From Sphaerodactylus townsendi (Eukaryota): a DNA stretch of 63,848 nucleotides. This document shows, one piece after another, positions 48,994-61,875 of the stretch. Each line of letters begins with the position of its first letter. The first letter of the stretch is position 1. The stretch covers positions 75,640,001 to 75,703,848 of the forward strand of contig NC_059434.1 of the NCBI RefSeq assembly GCF_021028975.2. The letters run 5' to 3'. The notes beneath the pieces were generated by a model. The model saw only the letters and a program-made list of their open reading frames with translations. It ran no database searches and was not told the origin of the DNA. Both the position numbers and the translations under genes were made by a program.

Positions 48994-49245
48994 ACAGAAG
49001 TGGCCCATATTCCTCAGAGATGCAAGAGGTACTCTTTACTGGTTGTCTGTTCCTTTGTTTGATAGCCTGCACCATCTCACCCCCTTAGAAACTTAAATCT
49101 AGGTGGGGGACTTCATCAGGAGGGAATAATGGTGCCCCAAGAAATTTCAGATGTCACAGGTCCAGCCTGATATACTCAGATCTCAGAAGATCAGTTTGCT
49201 CTGGTTGGTTAAATAAGTTTCTACGAACAAACAGAAATGAACAAT

Positions 49246-49683
49246 CAGACAGAAGAGACTCTGAGAATTAAGGCTTGGCTACCAGTATTTAAAAACACCA
49301 GGATCAAAGGACAAGGGCATGCTAAGTTCATGGACAATTGACTCCACCCAGACACAAGATTTGCATTCACCAATACTGCTGCTGCTGCAGGCAATTCAAT
49401 GCGACTACAAATGTAAATGGACTGATAACCCCACCCGCAATACAATGCACTCAACCACTCCTTTGCATAGCAAGTTCCACCCAAACACTTACTGATTGGA
49501 TCCCCACCCTGGGACATGGACAACATATACCCCACTGAACACTCCCATTTCACTAGACACAGTGTGTAACAGACTTCTCTCTGTGAAACACCTCTGAAGA
49601 TGCCAGCCACAGATGCAGGCAAAATGTTAGGAACAAGATCTACCAGACCACAGCCACACAGCCCGGAAAACCCACAACAACCA
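49246..49683 (+). mobile_element. Penelope-like element 3' fragment; hammerhead core mutated (GAAAC to AAAAT)
   Basis: 'AWLPVFKNTRIK' ORF tail, flanking repeat CAATCAGACAG, and CCTCTGAAGATGCC at 49591. Confidence 0.75.
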
Positions 49684-50231
49684 ATCAGACAGCTCTTAAC
49701 TTTCCCAGCTAAATTCAGGGTCCCGAGTCCAGGAAACCCCCAATAAGTGAGAGCTGAAAGAACTCAATTCTGAGCTCATCAAGTTGAAAAAAAACTAACC
49801 TTCTAAGATACATGATGTGGTAGCTCCATATATGCAACAGCATTTCCCACAGCAATTTTATGGAATGGAAGCTTCATGCATCTCATTGAGCTCTGCACAC
49901 ACAGCCAGCAAAGGGAGTTTCATTCACACATGGTCTTGATCATCGCTAAATTAAAGCTATATTTTGTTATTCTGAGAAAGGACCGTGCAAGCACAACATG
50001 TCAAACTGGGAACAGAATTCAGAGACTCAACTGTTGCTAAAATGAAAAGGCACATTTCACACACACGGTTATCAAAGTCATGTGGATATAAAAGTCAGGC
50101 TTCAGAACCAGGGAACATTTAATTTGGGAGGTGCTCAGTAGCAGAGAATCAATTTAGCATGCAGAAGATCCCAGGGGGAAACAGCTGATTATACTAGAAT
50201 TCAAAGTCTATGGTATCAATTGTCTATGGTA

Positions 50232-50700
50232 TTAAGAAGGATATTGACAAGCTGGAACGTGTCCAGAAGAGGGCAACCAAAATGGTAAAAGGTCTGGAAT
50301 CCATGCCCCACAAAGAGAGGCTTAGGGAGCTGGGGATGTTTAGTCTGGAGAAACAAAGGTTAAGGGGTGACATGATAGCTATGTTTAAATATTTGAAGGG
50401 ATGCCATGTTGAAGAGGGAGCAAGCTTGTTTTCTGCTGCCTCAGAGTCTAGGCCACGGAGCAATGGATTCAAGGGGCAGGAAAGGAGATTCCACCTAAAC
50501 ATTAGGAAGAACTTCCTGACCGTCAGGGCTGTTCAACAGTGGAATTCACTGCCTCGGAGAGTGGTGGAGTTTCCTTCTTTGGAGGTTTCTAAACAGAGGC
50601 TGGATGAACATATGTCGGAGTGCTTTGATTGTGTGTTCCTGCATGGCAGGGGTTGGACTTGATGGCCCTTGGGGTCTCTTCCAACTGTATGATTCTATGA
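50232..50700 (+). mobile_element. CR1 LINE 3' portion (second subfamily)
   Basis: 'KKDIDKLERVQKRATKMVKGLE...WNSLPRRVV'; TATGATTCTATGA tail. Confidence 0.95.
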
Positions 50701-51611
50701 ACCCCGGGAATCTCCAGTTCAGGCTCAGGTCACAGGTGATATGAAAGATCTCGGCTTGAGGACCCGGAGAGCTGCTGCCCACCTGAATAGAAAATTCAGA
50801 TTCTGAGCAACCGAAGGTCTGTGTCTGTACGCAGCAGTTACCTGCGTTCATTTGGCTGCGATTTCAAAAGACAGAAAGAGAAAGGAGAATGTTCTGGGAT
50901 GGATTTTTGGTGTTAGGCACATCTCACCACTCATTTCTCATGGTTCAGATAAAAACCGCCTTTGGTTTGGTGCAGAGATCACACAGCACAAAAATCCCTA
51001 ATTGTCCAGGAAGGCCACTAAAATGCCAGAAGAGTATGTTTCTCTTTCCTGCCTGACTTCTTGGGTCAAAGAGTAGGTCCGGATCCACTTAATGCATTTT
51101 GGTGGAATGCCACTTTGCAGTGGGAAAGTAGGTAAACAGGAATAGCTATGTAATTTGCCAATCATGTGAGTACTTCCCCTATTACCAATCTTGGGCAAAA
51201 ATAACCTTCCATCCAGGTAGCTCACATAGATAATGTTTGCAGTTATGATTTCAATTTAGCGCAAGTTTTTGGCGGCAATCGGGTATATCAACTGCGGCAG
51301 AGCTCAAATTTCAAATCAATTCTCTTCCAACTTCCTTTGGAAAGGAGTTCAACTGGGGTATGACTGGAATTGCATTTCAGAAGTGGTCCGTAGCTCAAGC
51401 TGCACAACATGTGACTACTCCTTAAACAACCACGACAACCTACATTGGGGGAAACAGCAGATTATACTAGAATCCAAAGTCTATGGTATCAGCAGGTGCT
51501 AATAGTTCACATATTTTTAAAGGGTACATTCACCACAAAACAAAGCTCTAATCATGCTAACTTCTGTAACCGTTCTTTAAATGCCCAGAAAAATAAAGTT
51601 TAGCTACTTAC

Positions 51612-51663
51612 GATGTTCCTTGCTGAGAAACAGACAAAGCTTTAGAAGGTGCATCATACTGTT
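51612..51663 (-). CDS. AFF1: AFF1 coding exon D (52 nt): (K)QYDAPSKALSVSQQGT(S)
   Basis: Minus-strand CTTACAG acceptor and TC|GTAAGT donor. Matches human 'KQYDTSSKTHSNSQQGTS'. Confidence 0.92.
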
Positions 51664-52240
51664 CTGTAAGGAAGACAGAAGGAGTAATTGTTTCAGGCTT
51701 TACATTCAAATCTCCCGTCAAGACATTTTGTACTGCACTGATTCTCTCTATCTCTGGTAATTTTATGCATATAATTTTATGCATATAAAACACTGGATGA
51801 AAATCATGGTAACCAGCTAAGACACTGCTAAGAACAACAGTGGAGGCTAGAGAACGAACCACATCTTTCCTGCTTCTAAATCCTTACGGTCCCTCTAAAT
51901 ATCTTTTTCTATTTACAGAATATAATCTCCAGTTCAGGCAATTGTGTTTGTTTTCAAAATCTTATCATGAGTTTACCGAGTCAATTAAAAATCTGTACAT
52001 GTGGGGAAAACTCATATTTTGATTTTATAAGATACTATAAGATATGCACATGCATCTCTGCAGACATTAAAAAGAAGTTCTCTTCCTCTTTTTCTCTGTT
52101 TCTCTCACATTTGGGATTTCCCATCTGTAGTGTTCAATAGGTACTTACATTAAAAACCATTAATTAAACATCAGCTAGCTGACTAAACTTGGAAGCCCAA
52201 AACATTATTCAGCTACATGTTGCAGGCTTCTGATTTAATA

Positions 52241-52472
52241 CTGTGTTTCCCCGAATATAAGACAGTGTCTTATATTAATTTTTGCTCCCAAAGATGCGCT
52301 ATGTCTTATTTTCAGGGATGTCTTATTTTTCTGTGTTCTGTTCGTCGGGCATGCTTCCAAACAAAAACTTTGCTACGTCTTACTTTCGGGGGAATGCCTT
52401 ATATTTCGCACTTCAGCAAAACCTCTAGTATGTCTTATTTTTCGGGGATGTCTTATATGAGGGGAAAAAGGG
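52241..52472. mobile_element. Tc1/mariner (Tc2-like) MITE
   Basis: TIR CTGTGTTTCCCCGAATATAAGAC / GTCTTATATGAGGGGAAAAAGGG flanked by TA; internal GTCTTATTTT repeats. Confidence 0.7.
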
Positions 52473-53270
52473 TAGTTACTCCATTAGATTTCCAAGCGTT
52501 GGGCCCTGTGCAGATAGTCACACCTTCACAACAGGCAAACTGCAAAGAGAGAAATCCCCAGGAATGCAACAAAATGCATCTTATTCTCTTAAATCCCAAA
52601 CTCTCCCACTCCCCAATTTTAAAAAAAGGGATTACTGCGGTCTGCAGTGTGTCTGGGTCGCGTATAAAGTTGTGAAGGCAACGGAAAACCACCTGATGTT
52701 TAACACAAGGCTTCGGGTACCATTTGGGGCTGGTCTTATCAACCTGGCTGGACACCTCCTGCCACGCTGTGGACTGCCGATGCTATCTGTCAAGGATCTG
52801 GTGTCAGCTGGAATGCTAAGGGTGCTGTACTCTGCAGCAGCACAAGAACAACTGCATACCTCAGCATCTGCCAAGTTGCCATAGCCAACCAAAATGGCAT
52901 CCGAAGCCTCAGAAGGTCATTGTGCAAGACTTGGGAGTGATTTTAGGTTGCCACGGCAACCCAGTGGGGTACTGAGGCCTCCTCCCAGCTCAAGCTGATG
53001 AGAATAGTGAGGGAAAGAGGGGGAAGCAGGACAGAAACAGGAAGGGATGATGACCCCTTGTGATTTTTCATAGGGCAACTGCCTTTAAAGTACAATTTGC
53101 AACAGATATCACGTACCCCAGGCTCAAGCCCACCAGACAAGACCACTGTGAAGTCTTGCCCTTTTGAGTTTTTGGGATTTCTCCCCAATTCCCACTGGGA
53201 ATAATCACAGTGCAGTAGAATACAGAAGATTTGATCCATTCACCCATTGTTTTTAAGTCATTTTACTTAC

Positions 53271-53307
53271 TCTGGCTCTGTATTACTGATCCAGCATGCT
53301 GGGATTC
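53271..53307 (-). CDS. AFF1: AFF1 coding exon C (37 nt): ESQHAGSVIQSQ(K)
   Basis: Minus-strand TTTCTAG acceptor and A|GTAAGT donor. Matches human 'DSQHVSSVTQNQK'. Phase 0 to phase 1. Confidence 0.9.
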
Positions 53308-53504
53308 CTAGAAAGAAGGAAAGTTTTTTAGCAGCGTATGAACCGAGGAGTTGTCTGTGCAAATCTTGGCTCTGACATGAACTTTCGACATTCCTGCCTG
53401 CAATATGGGGATAATTATCTTGCAGGGCTGATGTGAATCACATTGAGATAATGTACGGAAAAATACAGCGCACACTTCAAAGTGCAACAACTGTTCAGTC
53501 AATG

Positions 53505-54125
53505 TGTGTAGTTGTTAAAAAGCGGTGTACTCTAATCTGGAGAACCAGGTTTGATTCCCTACTCTTCCACATGAGTGGCGGATTCTGATCTGGTGAACTG
53601 GGTTTGTTTTTCCTGCACTTCCACAAGAGGCCAGCTGGGTGACCTTGAGATAGTCACAGCTTTCTTCTCAGTCTTCTCCATCCTACCTACCTCACAAGGT
53701 ACCTGTTGAAGGGAGAGGAGGAGGAGGAGGAGGAGGAGGAGGAGGAGGAGGAGCAGAAGAGTAGTAGTAGTTTGGATTTATATCCCCCCTTTCTCTCATG
53801 TAGGAGACCCAAAGGGGCTTACAATCTCCTTGCCCTTCCCTCCTCACAACAAACACCCTGTGAGGTAGGTGGGGCTGAGAGAGCTCCGAGAAGCTGTGAC
53901 TAGCCCAAGTTCACCCAGCTGGCGTGTGTGGGAGTGTACAGGCTAATCTGAATTCCCCAGATAAGCCTCCACATCTCAGGCGGCAGAGCTGGGAATCAAA
54001 CCCGGTTCCTCCAGATTAGATACACGAGCTCTTAACCTCCTACCCCACTACTGAATGTGAATGTAAGCTGCTTTGAGACTCTTTACAGGAGAGAAAAGTG
54101 GGGTATAAAATCAACTCCTTCTCCT
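53505..54125. mobile_element. Nested SINEs: plus copy interrupted by a young minus copy (~53716-54050)
   Basis: Family match on both strands, with a (GAG)n tract at the junction. Confidence 0.75.
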
Positions 54126-54746
54126 CTAAGTTATTATGATTTTCAGAAGATGTGCTCAAAGAAGAATTCCAGTTCTATGATCTGCCCAAACAACTGGGAA
54201 GTTTTCAAATAATTCCTCCACGATAAAATGCCAGTCGTTTTATGAAATCCATTGCTATATAGCCTAAAACTGCACAAGTTTATACCCAGGAAAGAACAAG
54301 AGGTGATCACAGACGCACGAGTTTGAAACTGGATGCTAAACCAGACAGGCGAGCAGGGCTCTTCTTACAAAACCCATGCAAGTCAAATTGAGGGGAAAGT
54401 AAACATTGGTTCAATTTTCATGCAAATGATGCACTTCAAAGCGTTCATGTAACCTTTACCACTTCAAAATTCTAGCCAAGTACTGGAAAGAAGCTGAAAA
54501 GCTGTACGAGCAAGATTTGAGTCCAGTTGTGGATATACACTTTCGCAGATATACACGATAGCAGCGTCAATGCTATCTGATGAAAGGAGGATTGATTCCC
54601 ACAAGCTTATACTCTGGAAAATTTTGTTGATATTTAAAATACAGGTGGGTCTAAATCTTCTACTGCAGACCAAAAGGCTGTCCAGCTCAAAAGTGAAACA
54701 TATATTTTAATCAGTCATAGGCAGGAGTGTGAATGAGTGTTTTTAC

Positions 54747-54833
54747 CTTTGCAGGAAAAGGAAACTTAGAAGGCTCAGCTGTGCTAGGAGTATGGATAGC
54801 TGTCAAAGGAGGCGGCCATGAATGGGTCATTTC
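54747..54833 (-). CDS. AFF1: AFF1 coding exon B (87 nt), ALF homology region: [29 protein letters not shown]
   Basis: Minus-strand CCCAG acceptor and AAG|GTAAAA donor. Nearly identical to the recalled human '[29 protein letters not shown]'. Confidence 0.97.
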
Positions 54834-55924
54834 CTGGGGGAACGTTGAGAAATAAAATCAGACTTTAAGCACTAATTTATCTTCCTGTCCTACCCTCTAC
54901 CTTCAGGGCCTTGGGAATCCCCAAGCACTGGAATACGGCAGGGACACAGTAGAGACAAGTCACAATCAGATTCTATTTCCTGGCTCTTCAGGTCCTCCTC
55001 TCTGTAAGTGAAAGGGACAGAGGAACCACCCACGCCCCGGGCCATATTAGGCAGGGCAGGGAGGCAGCTCTAAATCTTAACAGAGAGCTGCAGCTAATCA
55101 TGGGATCACTGATGGGTTTATCTGGAGATATTTGCAGATGTGAACTTACAGGACTTCTGGGAGAAGATCAGCTATCTATATGTACCTCTCCAGATAATTC
55201 CCACTAAAGGCGGGCTGTTCTCAGCTCCTTTAATAGCCAACATTGATTTTTGTTTTGAAGAGTAGGCATGTTTACCAGATTAAGCATGGTACACAGTTAA
55301 CTTCACCCATCACTGGGACAGTGAAGGCTCCTTTTCCCATAAAACATATACCTATTTTACGGAATTAATGACCACACGAAATAGTGAGGGCAACTTACTT
55401 AGCATTTGTTTGCAAAAAAAGAGATCAATTTGCAAAAGATCTGCAACAGCAGCTGCGCACCCTAACTAAACTGAGCCTCCATGTACAGCTGCAGTATACC
55501 CTTATGCATCAGATGATGATCGGAAGAATCCATCTGGCATCGGCTGGGACAGAATGCAAAGAGTTTATCCGTCTTGGCCTGACCCAGAATCAGTCCACAA
55601 CCATTTTGTTTGGGGAGCGGAATTATGCTTCTTGCCTGTGGAGTTAGCAATTTACACACACCAAAAAAATCTAACACAAGGTTTTGCCTTAAATCTTGTA
55701 GCAAAGATTATGCAAAACTTTCAGGTTGCATCACCTGCGCTGTTTCATTGGAATGTATTACTGTTTCTCATCCTGCTTTGCCCAGAGAAACACTCTCTGG
55801 ATTTGCACCTGGGTGGTGACAACAGGGGCAAATGCAGGAAACAATCCCTTCCTTTTTAGCAGGAACAGGTATGTCCCCAAGAATCTCTTTCCAAGTACAT
55901 GTCGACCACCAGCGATGCACTCAC

Positions 55925-55969
55925 CTTTAAAATTTCTTCAACACAATGAACTTCATTGGAGAAGGATTG
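55925..55969 (-). CDS. AFF1: AFF1 coding exon A (45 nt): QSFSNEVHCVEEILK
   Basis: Minus-strand TTTCAG acceptor and AAG|GTGAGT donor. Matches human 'QTYSNEVHCVEEILK'. Confidence 0.96.
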
Positions 55970-57018
55970 CTGAAATACACCAAGAAAAAAAATACGTGTG
56001 GTTAATCTGTGGATGGGTAGCAGATTCAAGAGCAGAAATACAAACAAAAGAAAGCTGCTGAAATAGCTATTTCATGTGCCCTGTATGATTTTTTTCAAAA
56101 AAAAATCCCCATGAACACCTGGCCTTTTCCCCTTGTGTGCATTCGAAGGAGAAACCCTTCTCAGATAAACCACATCCCCTATCCACTGGAAGTCTGCAGT
56201 GGGTGAATCTACACGTATCCATCATCCAAAAATGAAGGATGCTGTTTGGCTAGATGAGGTCCTGAATGTTTGAATATTCACCCCACCCCTCCAACGCTTC
56301 CAGCATCGGGCAAGTGATCATTTTCAAGCCATGCAAGCAAGTATAGTCCTAGACCTGTGTCCTATAAGTCCAGCATTGTGCCTTTTCTGTAATAAGTTCT
56401 TTTTGCTGCCTGTAAGGAGGCACACGAAGTAACCGGCACCTCAGGAGGCCGCCCCTCCAAGGAATACCGGTGCCCGCCCGGGCACCTCCAAGGAATACCG
56501 GCTGGTGTGAACACAGCTAAAGTCTCTCTCCTGTTCTCTTTCAGATCTTGTTGCCACACCCACTTCTTTGTTACAGAAACACTCAGAAATGTACCTTTGT
56601 CCACCACACCCACGCACAAAGCTTAAACGCTTTCTTGCAGGCAGAGTTATTCTCACTCCCCGGTCGGGGAGGAGAAGGCAAGTCTCAGCTAGGATTTGGC
56701 ATGTTCGCCCAACGTTTAGCAAGCATTTTAACACGCAGCGGTAACCTATTATGATTTGGAAGATCAGTGCTTGGGATGAAAAGGGATAAAGGAAGTGTCC
56801 CCCAATCAAACTTAAGAGAAGAAACAGCAAGTCACTGATGAGGCGCAAGTTGACCCTATTCAGAGAGCTCCATTTAACATCACCCAGAGATTCTGTGAAT
56901 CAGCAAGCAAAATTGAGACATCTCCTCACAAGTTTAGCTTCTCTGGTTTTCTCTCAACACTTCCAAGCAATCATTACACAGTCCCTTCTCTGCACAAGTG
57001 AGGTTTCCTTGCTGTTTA

Positions 57019-57314
57019 GAAGAGTAGAAGAATTTGGATTAATACCCCACCTTCCTCTCCTGAAAGCAGACTCAAAGTGGCTTACAAACTCATTTCCCTT
57101 CCTCTCCCCACAACAGACACCTTGTGAGGTGGGTGGGGCTGAGAGAGTTCCAAAAAACTGTGACTAGCCCAAGGTCACCCAGCAGGAATGAAGGAGTGTG
57201 GAAACACATGTGGTTCACCAGATAAGCCTCTGCCTCTCAGGTGGAGGAGTGGGGAATCAAACCCGGTTCTCCAGATTAGAATCCACCTGCTCTTAACCAC
57301 TATACCATGCTGGC
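57019..57314 (-). mobile_element. tRNA-derived CORE-type SINE
   Basis: Reverse complement of the 31656/20404 family. Confidence 0.8.
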
Positions 57315-58844
57315 TCATTCTGGGTCCTTCCCTCAACTTCTTTTTCCTTTTCTCCACGGGTCCTTTCCCCCCCAATCTGGTGTTCCTGTTCTTCCCCTTC
57401 CAACTTTCCTAAATTAAGTGAGCATCTAACTGCAATTCCTTCACATTTGGTATGTTGTCAAATACGTCTGCAAAATTTTAAACACAGGTTATTAAACGTT
57501 CGCACATTTGTCCCTTGCAACCTTCATTTTATCTTTATGAGATTTTAAGCTCCTTGAGGGCAGGGTCTGGAACAGAACATACATTCAGTGGTTTCACAGA
57601 CATACGAACGGATGGTGCTATATATGTATTAAATAAACATTTAAATTAATTAAAGCTGTTCATGGCATTTGCAAGTCAATGAAAAGCAAATGAAAACAAG
57701 TCTCCCAAGATGTGAGCTGCTAAGACCAGCATTCCATACAAGCCTTAGAGCTCCTTTGCAACTTGGGGATATAACTTGCTGTTGCCAAATTTAGTCAACA
57801 CATCCTACGAGCGTAACTTGGCTTTGTCCAAAAAAGACACTGGGAAAAGAATTTGCAGACAGCACACAAGAAAGACTTGAACTCTGTTGTTCATCCTTGA
57901 AGTACAGGCACCAGAAAACATTCAGGTAGCTTTTAGCATACATTCAGCAGAGATAAAGTCTAACCAAAGGCAAATATTGAAATGTATACTTTGAAACAGA
58001 GCCAAGCTACCCCATCACAGGTCAAACAGCACGGGCAGAGAGAAAGCAGGGGGTTTGCATGGCATAGCCTTGCGGCCCTCTTTTCAATTTTCAACCGTTG
58101 ACAGATTTGCTTACATCACATTAAATTATTCATGCATTTTTAAGAGAACTGAGTCTAGAATGCTCAGTAAAGCAGGTAGAATTATGTTCATGGTTGTGGC
58201 GGAGATCCAAAAGTGTATCTTCTAGATTACTATTTAACATTCAAAAGTTAGTGTGAATTAAAATGGGTAAAGTGGAGAAGGATCAAACAAGGAAACCCAA
58301 AATTTATCTGAATTGATACAATACTTCCTCTAAGAGCTCAGAGCCCTGAGTTTGCCTGAGGCCACACACAGAGCTCTTGGCCACACTCTGGGTGCGATAC
58401 ATGGTTCCCTGGACCTCCATTCTCAACAAAAAGTACATAAACAAACGAGACAACTCTGTCCTAAAAACAACAGAACTTTCTCCACAGTGTGTCATTTACA
58501 ACGCCTATAAACCAATAAACCCTCCTAGATTCAAAATACTTTACATTTTAAGGGGGAGGGGGAAAGCATCTGTTTTGAGCTAAGGCCTGCTTGAGACCAT
58601 CTTCTCCAAAATTCCCAGTTAAAGCCAGTTCTGCCTCCCCTTTCCAAGACTCAATTTCTTCTCTTTTTATTAACTTTCACAATGAGTTAGTTTACATAAT
58701 ATTTGAATAGCGGGGGAAAGTGGCAACTCTTAGTAGATCACCTCAAGATCAGTGTAAGAGCATATAAGCTTTTACGTTTTGCAGAACTCTTCATCAGGCA
58801 AAACATAAAGCTAATAGGATTGCAAATATATAAGTGACAATATC

Positions 58845-59462
58845 TCAACTGGCTGTTGTGGGCTTTCCGGGCTGTGTGGCCGAGGTCTGGTAGCTCTTGT
58901 TCTTAATGTTTCACCTGCATCTTCAGAGGTGTCTCACAGAGGTGTATCACAAAGGCTGGCATCAGTGGTGGGATCCAAAAATTTTAGTAACAGGTTCCCA
59001 TGGTGGTGGGATTCAAACTGTGGCGTAGTGCCAATGGGGCTGGGTGGGGCACGACGGGGGCGTGGCTGGGCATTCCGGGGGCGGGGCTGTGGCAAGGAAG
59101 CAGCCGCTGTGCCGGTCCTTGGGCAGGAAACGAATGCATGCAGGCACAGGCTGCCACGCATACCGGTCCACCTCCTGCTAGACTGCTTCAAGTTCTGCAT
59201 GCCAATGCTGAGAGGAGGGGCGTAACTAAGGCAAAAATCACGTGGCTTAAAATCACCAAGTGGTAACCCCCGCTCGGCCAAAATGAGTAATTAACCTACT
59301 CTCGAGGAACCTGTTGAGGTACTGCTGGATCCCACCTAGCCCAGCATCTTCAGAGGTGTATCCGCGAAAGAAGGTCCCAACCACAGATACAGAAGCTGGC
59401 TGTGGGAACAAGATCTACCAGACTACTGACCCGCACTGACCAAGAAAAGCCCAAAACAACCA
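58845..59462. mobile_element. Degenerate Penelope-like palindrome interrupted by a hAT MITE (58963-~59339)
   Basis: Penelope arms on both sides; the insert has CAGTGGTGGGATCC / GGATCCCACC ends like 6621-6796. Confidence 0.7.
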
Positions 59463-61584
59463 TATGAAGGTATTTCAGAAGGTGACACAGATATCACCCC
59501 TCAGGGTTTTAGGAGCACAGCAGACAAAGGCTATTGTTTCTTACAGGAAATCTGGCTTGTGAAGGTCCACTTTATGTTAAAAGGCTGGTTGTGTTGTTTA
59601 ATCCAATTTTGGTTCCAAGTACATGCGATCTTAAAATCACACTAGGGGACTTCTAAGAAAAATGGTTCTTGGGGAATGGCTAATTGCTATGACGATTAAT
59701 CATTTACAGAGCAGTGTTATTGTCTGAACAGCTTTAAAGCTGTTGTCGTTTTAATTTGTCAGTCCTGTGCAGGTTACTGCATGTTCTTATTTTATAGACT
59801 GGGAATGGAACTGCAGAGATAGTAGCCACCCAGAGAGTGCATGGCTGAGTTGACAGTGCCCAGGGTCGAAGTCTAAGACTCTGTTCCAGTGGACCACACA
59901 TGCAACTAAAATACTTTCCAGCCTGATGCAAATATTGGAACTGTACAGCATAACCGTTATCGCTACATGTGGGCCGAAGCACCTGACCAAGAGAGTGTAA
60001 CTTTTGTCAATTATACTATAAAGCAGAGAAACCCACAGAATCAAGAGAGAACCATCCTCACCATTTCCCCTTCTTTTTATTTTCCTTCCTTGCTAGCTCC
60101 ACTTTTCTACACACACAATCCTCACGCCTGCCCTATTTTCTCCCTGCACTGAACATCTTTCAATTTCTGAGTGGACCCAACAACCACCAACCTCTCTCCC
60201 TTGCTTACCTCATAAAAACCTGGCAGCCATTTTGGATTAACTAAATAATAATAAAAGCGGAACTAGTCAGTCTCAGTGCTCAGTTTGATCCTGGCCTCTG
60301 CAAGGCTTGGATCGAGCTTTAAACTGCAGACTGAACGTTCCAGAAGAGTGGGGAATTAAAAGAGTTGCAAGGGTAAATTGAGAATCCTGCTGTACGCCCC
60401 AAAGCAAATAAATATAGGAGTCTCTAATTCTTCCCCCCAGTGCCTCCTCACTACGCCACTGCATTTGCCAAATCCATATCAGGCCTCGCTATGTGGATTT
60501 TTTGACCCGCAAATTGTGGGCTAGATTTGGAATTTTGTTCAAGATGGAAAAAATGAGGTGTGTGTAAAGGAGGGTATTTTTTAAAGGATGGGGAGAAAGT
60601 AACATGCAGTGGGTTAGAGTAGTATCTATGCATCCTTATAAGCAACAGGGACATAGAACAGTGCCACGTTATAGCTAACGGTGTTGGATAAAGGTCTCAA
60701 ATCCTGCTCAGCTCACTGGGTGATACTTGGGCAAGTCACTCTCCTAACTTAACCTGCTTCACAGGGCTTTGCAAAGATGAGACAACGACGAGACATAAGT
60801 ATGCATGACACCCTCATTTTCTAACAGGAAATATGGGATAAAATGTGTGAGACAGAAAGCAGCTCCTTCAGGTGAGAGACGAATGGGTAAGAACACAGGA
60901 TGGGTTTGGGGACAAGTTATGACCTGCCATTAAAACGGGGTGGGTGAGTGTTGAGTTGGTTTATAAAGCACTGAAGGCATCCCTAATAAACAAGATATGG
61001 AGAAACTGATGTGAAGGGGGGAGGCGGGCATTCCTTTGAACCACCGCACTTAGTAGCCATGAAACAAAATAGAAAACAAATTACCTTTAATGCTTATGCT
61101 GGCAGCAACAATCTACGAGTTTAATTTTATTTCTCCTTTCATCCAGCTTCCATTTCTCACTTTTTGCTGGAACGACTTACTCTCTCTGGATTATTATTTA
61201 CTTGGACCAGGGAGAGAAACTGTGAGCCTGAAATTTGTCCCTGCAATGACAGCTGTCTTTTCTACCCAGGTGATCTAAACAGCTATGCTTGCTTAATTCG
61301 GGTCAGTTTTAAAGTCAGCAGCGGTCAAGACATCTGCATTTGGTTTTTTTTACTAAATTCCATTCTCGGTAGGATTAGGATTTTGTTTTTATTTTAAAAA
61401 TGGGAATGATTTGCCACGTTGTCTTTTGTTTTTGGCTGGGCCTACTTGATTACTGCGAAAAGGAAAATGAAGTTCAGGGCTGCCAGCAGTGTCTTTATTT
61501 CACTCCTATGTGCCCAGCTGACGTTAGCAGAAGCCTTACAACAGCAGAGAATATTGAAATAGACAACAGAAGAGGCTTAATCCA

Positions 61585-61875
61585 AGGAGGAGGAGGAGGA
61601 GGAGGAGGAGGAGGAGTTTGGATTTATACCCCACCTTTCTCTCCTGTAAGGAGACTCAAGGTGGCTTACAATCTCCTTTCCCTTCCTCTCCCCACAACAG
61701 ACACCTTGTGAGGTGGGTGGGGCTGAGAGAGTTCCGAAGGACTGTGACTAGCCCAAGGTCACCCAGCAGGAATGTAGGAATGCGGAAACACATCTGGTTC
61801 ACCAGATAAGCCTCTCCAATCAAACCCAGTTCTCCAGATTAGAATCTACCTGCTCTTAACCACTATACCACGCTG
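61585..61875 (-). mobile_element. tRNA-derived CORE-type SINE with (GGA)n tail
   Basis: Family match. Confidence 0.8.

Noticed and set aside
51612-55969. A second, antisense AFF paralogue or pseudogene
   Set aside because: These exons do not duplicate the plus-strand ones; they are the missing upstream exons and join exon E in phase.
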